The notes below the pieces were generated by a model, which saw nothing but the letters and a program-made list of their open reading frames with translations, did not search any database and was not told the origin of the DNA. The translations under genes were made by a program, and so were the position numbers. From the NCBI RefSeq assembly GCF_001194135.2, contig NC_068981.1:97162433-97226432 (forward strand): a stretch of DNA of 64,000 nt, written 5' to 3'. The stretch comes from Octopus bimaculoides. Lineage: Eukaryota. Positions 62,820-64,000 of the stretch are shown here, one piece after another. The number at the start of each line of letters is the position of its first letter. The stretch's first letter is position 1.

Positions 62820-63010
62820 CTTCTGGGTGACCAAAAAGTTTACACCTCAGTCCGGATCGAGTAGGTGTTTTGGAATGGTCTAGGTACAGGTGGTAAGGAT
62901 GGTCTTTCCCCTGGGCCCAGATGGTAATGTTAGTAGCCCTGGACGTGAATGACAGTGAAAGCAGTGCCTTGAGACTTATGGCCCATTTATCCAGTCGTTT
63001 GACTTCCTGG
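62820..63010 (+). mobile_element. Tx1-like endonuclease fragment
   Basis: VRMVFPLGPDG[frameshift]MLVALDVNDSESSALRLMA resembles the ILDPDSKLVIQD segment at ~54970. Confidence 0.4.
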
Positions 63011-63177
63011 AAAAAGCAACCAAATCTCCTTCAAATCAAGCCCTACTGACCTAAAACTGAAGAACCACTGGACAATGTCGTCCTAAGTATGTAAAGAAGT
63101 TGGAATAGGCACAGTTGGAACGCCTTTGATCATAGGTTTACTTAATCAGGACTAAGCTAATGGTAAACAGCAACAAC

Positions 63178-63585
63178 TGGTTGTGTGGTTAAGAAGTTCG
63201 CTTTGCAGTCACGTGGTTTTAGGTTCAGTCCCACTGCGCGGCACCTTAGGAAAGTGTCTTCTACTGTAGTCACCTGTCAACCAATATCTTGCGAATGAAT
63301 TTAGCAAGTGGAAACTGTATGGAAGCCCGTCCATACATAGATACATGCATACATTATATGATGTGCGTGTGTGTGTGTCTGTGTTTGTCTCCCATACCGC
63401 TTGGCAATTGTTGTTGGTTTGATTACCTCCCTGTAACTAAGCGTTTCAGCAAAACTGACTGATAAAATAAGTACCAAACTTAGAAACAATGTACTGGAGT
63501 CGATTTGTTCGATTAAACACGGTGAGGCGGCGCCCCAGCGTGGCCGCAGTTAAATGACTGAAACAAGTGAAAAAGAAAAAGAATA
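63178..63585 (+). mobile_element. SINE family A (tail 1)
   Basis: GGTTCAGTCCCACTGCGCGGCACCTTAGG ... GCGTGGCCGCAGTTAAATGACTGAAACAAG. Confidence 0.8.
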
Positions 63586-63789
63586 AAAAAAAAAGATATG
63601 CAGCTCTCCCATCCCCAAATGTTCAGAATGAAGACCGCACCAGAATAGACTCTTCCTCTTATCCATTCCAGATCATTAAAAGCGACACTCTATACTAGCG
63701 GCTATTATTTAATTCTAGCTTTAACTTTGTTTCAAACTTGTTTTGAGGAAAGGGTTTATCTAGGATGACATTATCTAATCTTCATGTTT

Positions 63790-64000
63790 TATCTGTTTCA
63801 GTCATTAGATTGCGCCCATGCTGGGGAACCGCCCTGAAGAACTATTAGTCGAATGAGTCGACCCCAGTACTTATATTTTTGTTTCTTTAAGCCTGGTACT
63901 TATTCTGTCGGTCAGTTTTTGCCGAACGGCTAGGTTACGGGAACGTAAACAAACCAACACTAGCAGTGAAGCTGTGGTGGGGTACACACACACACACACA
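63790..64000 (-). mobile_element. SINE family A (tail 1), runs off the window
   Basis: Tail 1 in reverse, up to the CA spacer. Confidence 0.75.

Overview
AT-rich, microsatellite-dense animal genomic scaffold with about 12 N-gaps. The repeat landscape looks cephalopod (octopus-like); this is inference, not verified. The host gene is the 3' end of a MORC2-like GHKL ATPase on the + strand. Four spliced exons (4108-4262, 13352-13484, 15433-15549, 41363-41452) join in frame across canonical GT-AG introns of 9089, 1948 and 25813 bp. They give ...GYRTCLRYFLPPNWKIDKDSVSNMSLSELAAFPLDDFFDHYEKGLRKLVGKFQTEAAVKSEEADTYKVKMSSLRKLILRLLKRINTNIEIDVNTDSDQVDTLLEEYVNQTIQRGF*. The rest is mostly mobile DNA: dozens of SINEs in four families (working labels A, B, C, E), piggyBac-type and Tc1-type MITEs, pogo and maT-like remnants, one full-length mariner, RTE, RTEX, R2-like and R4/Dong fragments, and a cluster of Tx1/L1-like ORF1 modules at 48.7-56.9 kb. 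The most unusual item is a 456-bp TSD-flanked element (33002-33457): a tRNA-like Pol III head between two inverted Penelope-type arms, each carrying a minimal hammerhead ribozyme motif. Nearly all entries in the supplied ORF track are artefacts of microsatellites, gaps or TE remnants. SINE and remnant boundaries are approximate (about +/-20 bp). Protein family assignments come from remembered motifs, not database searches.
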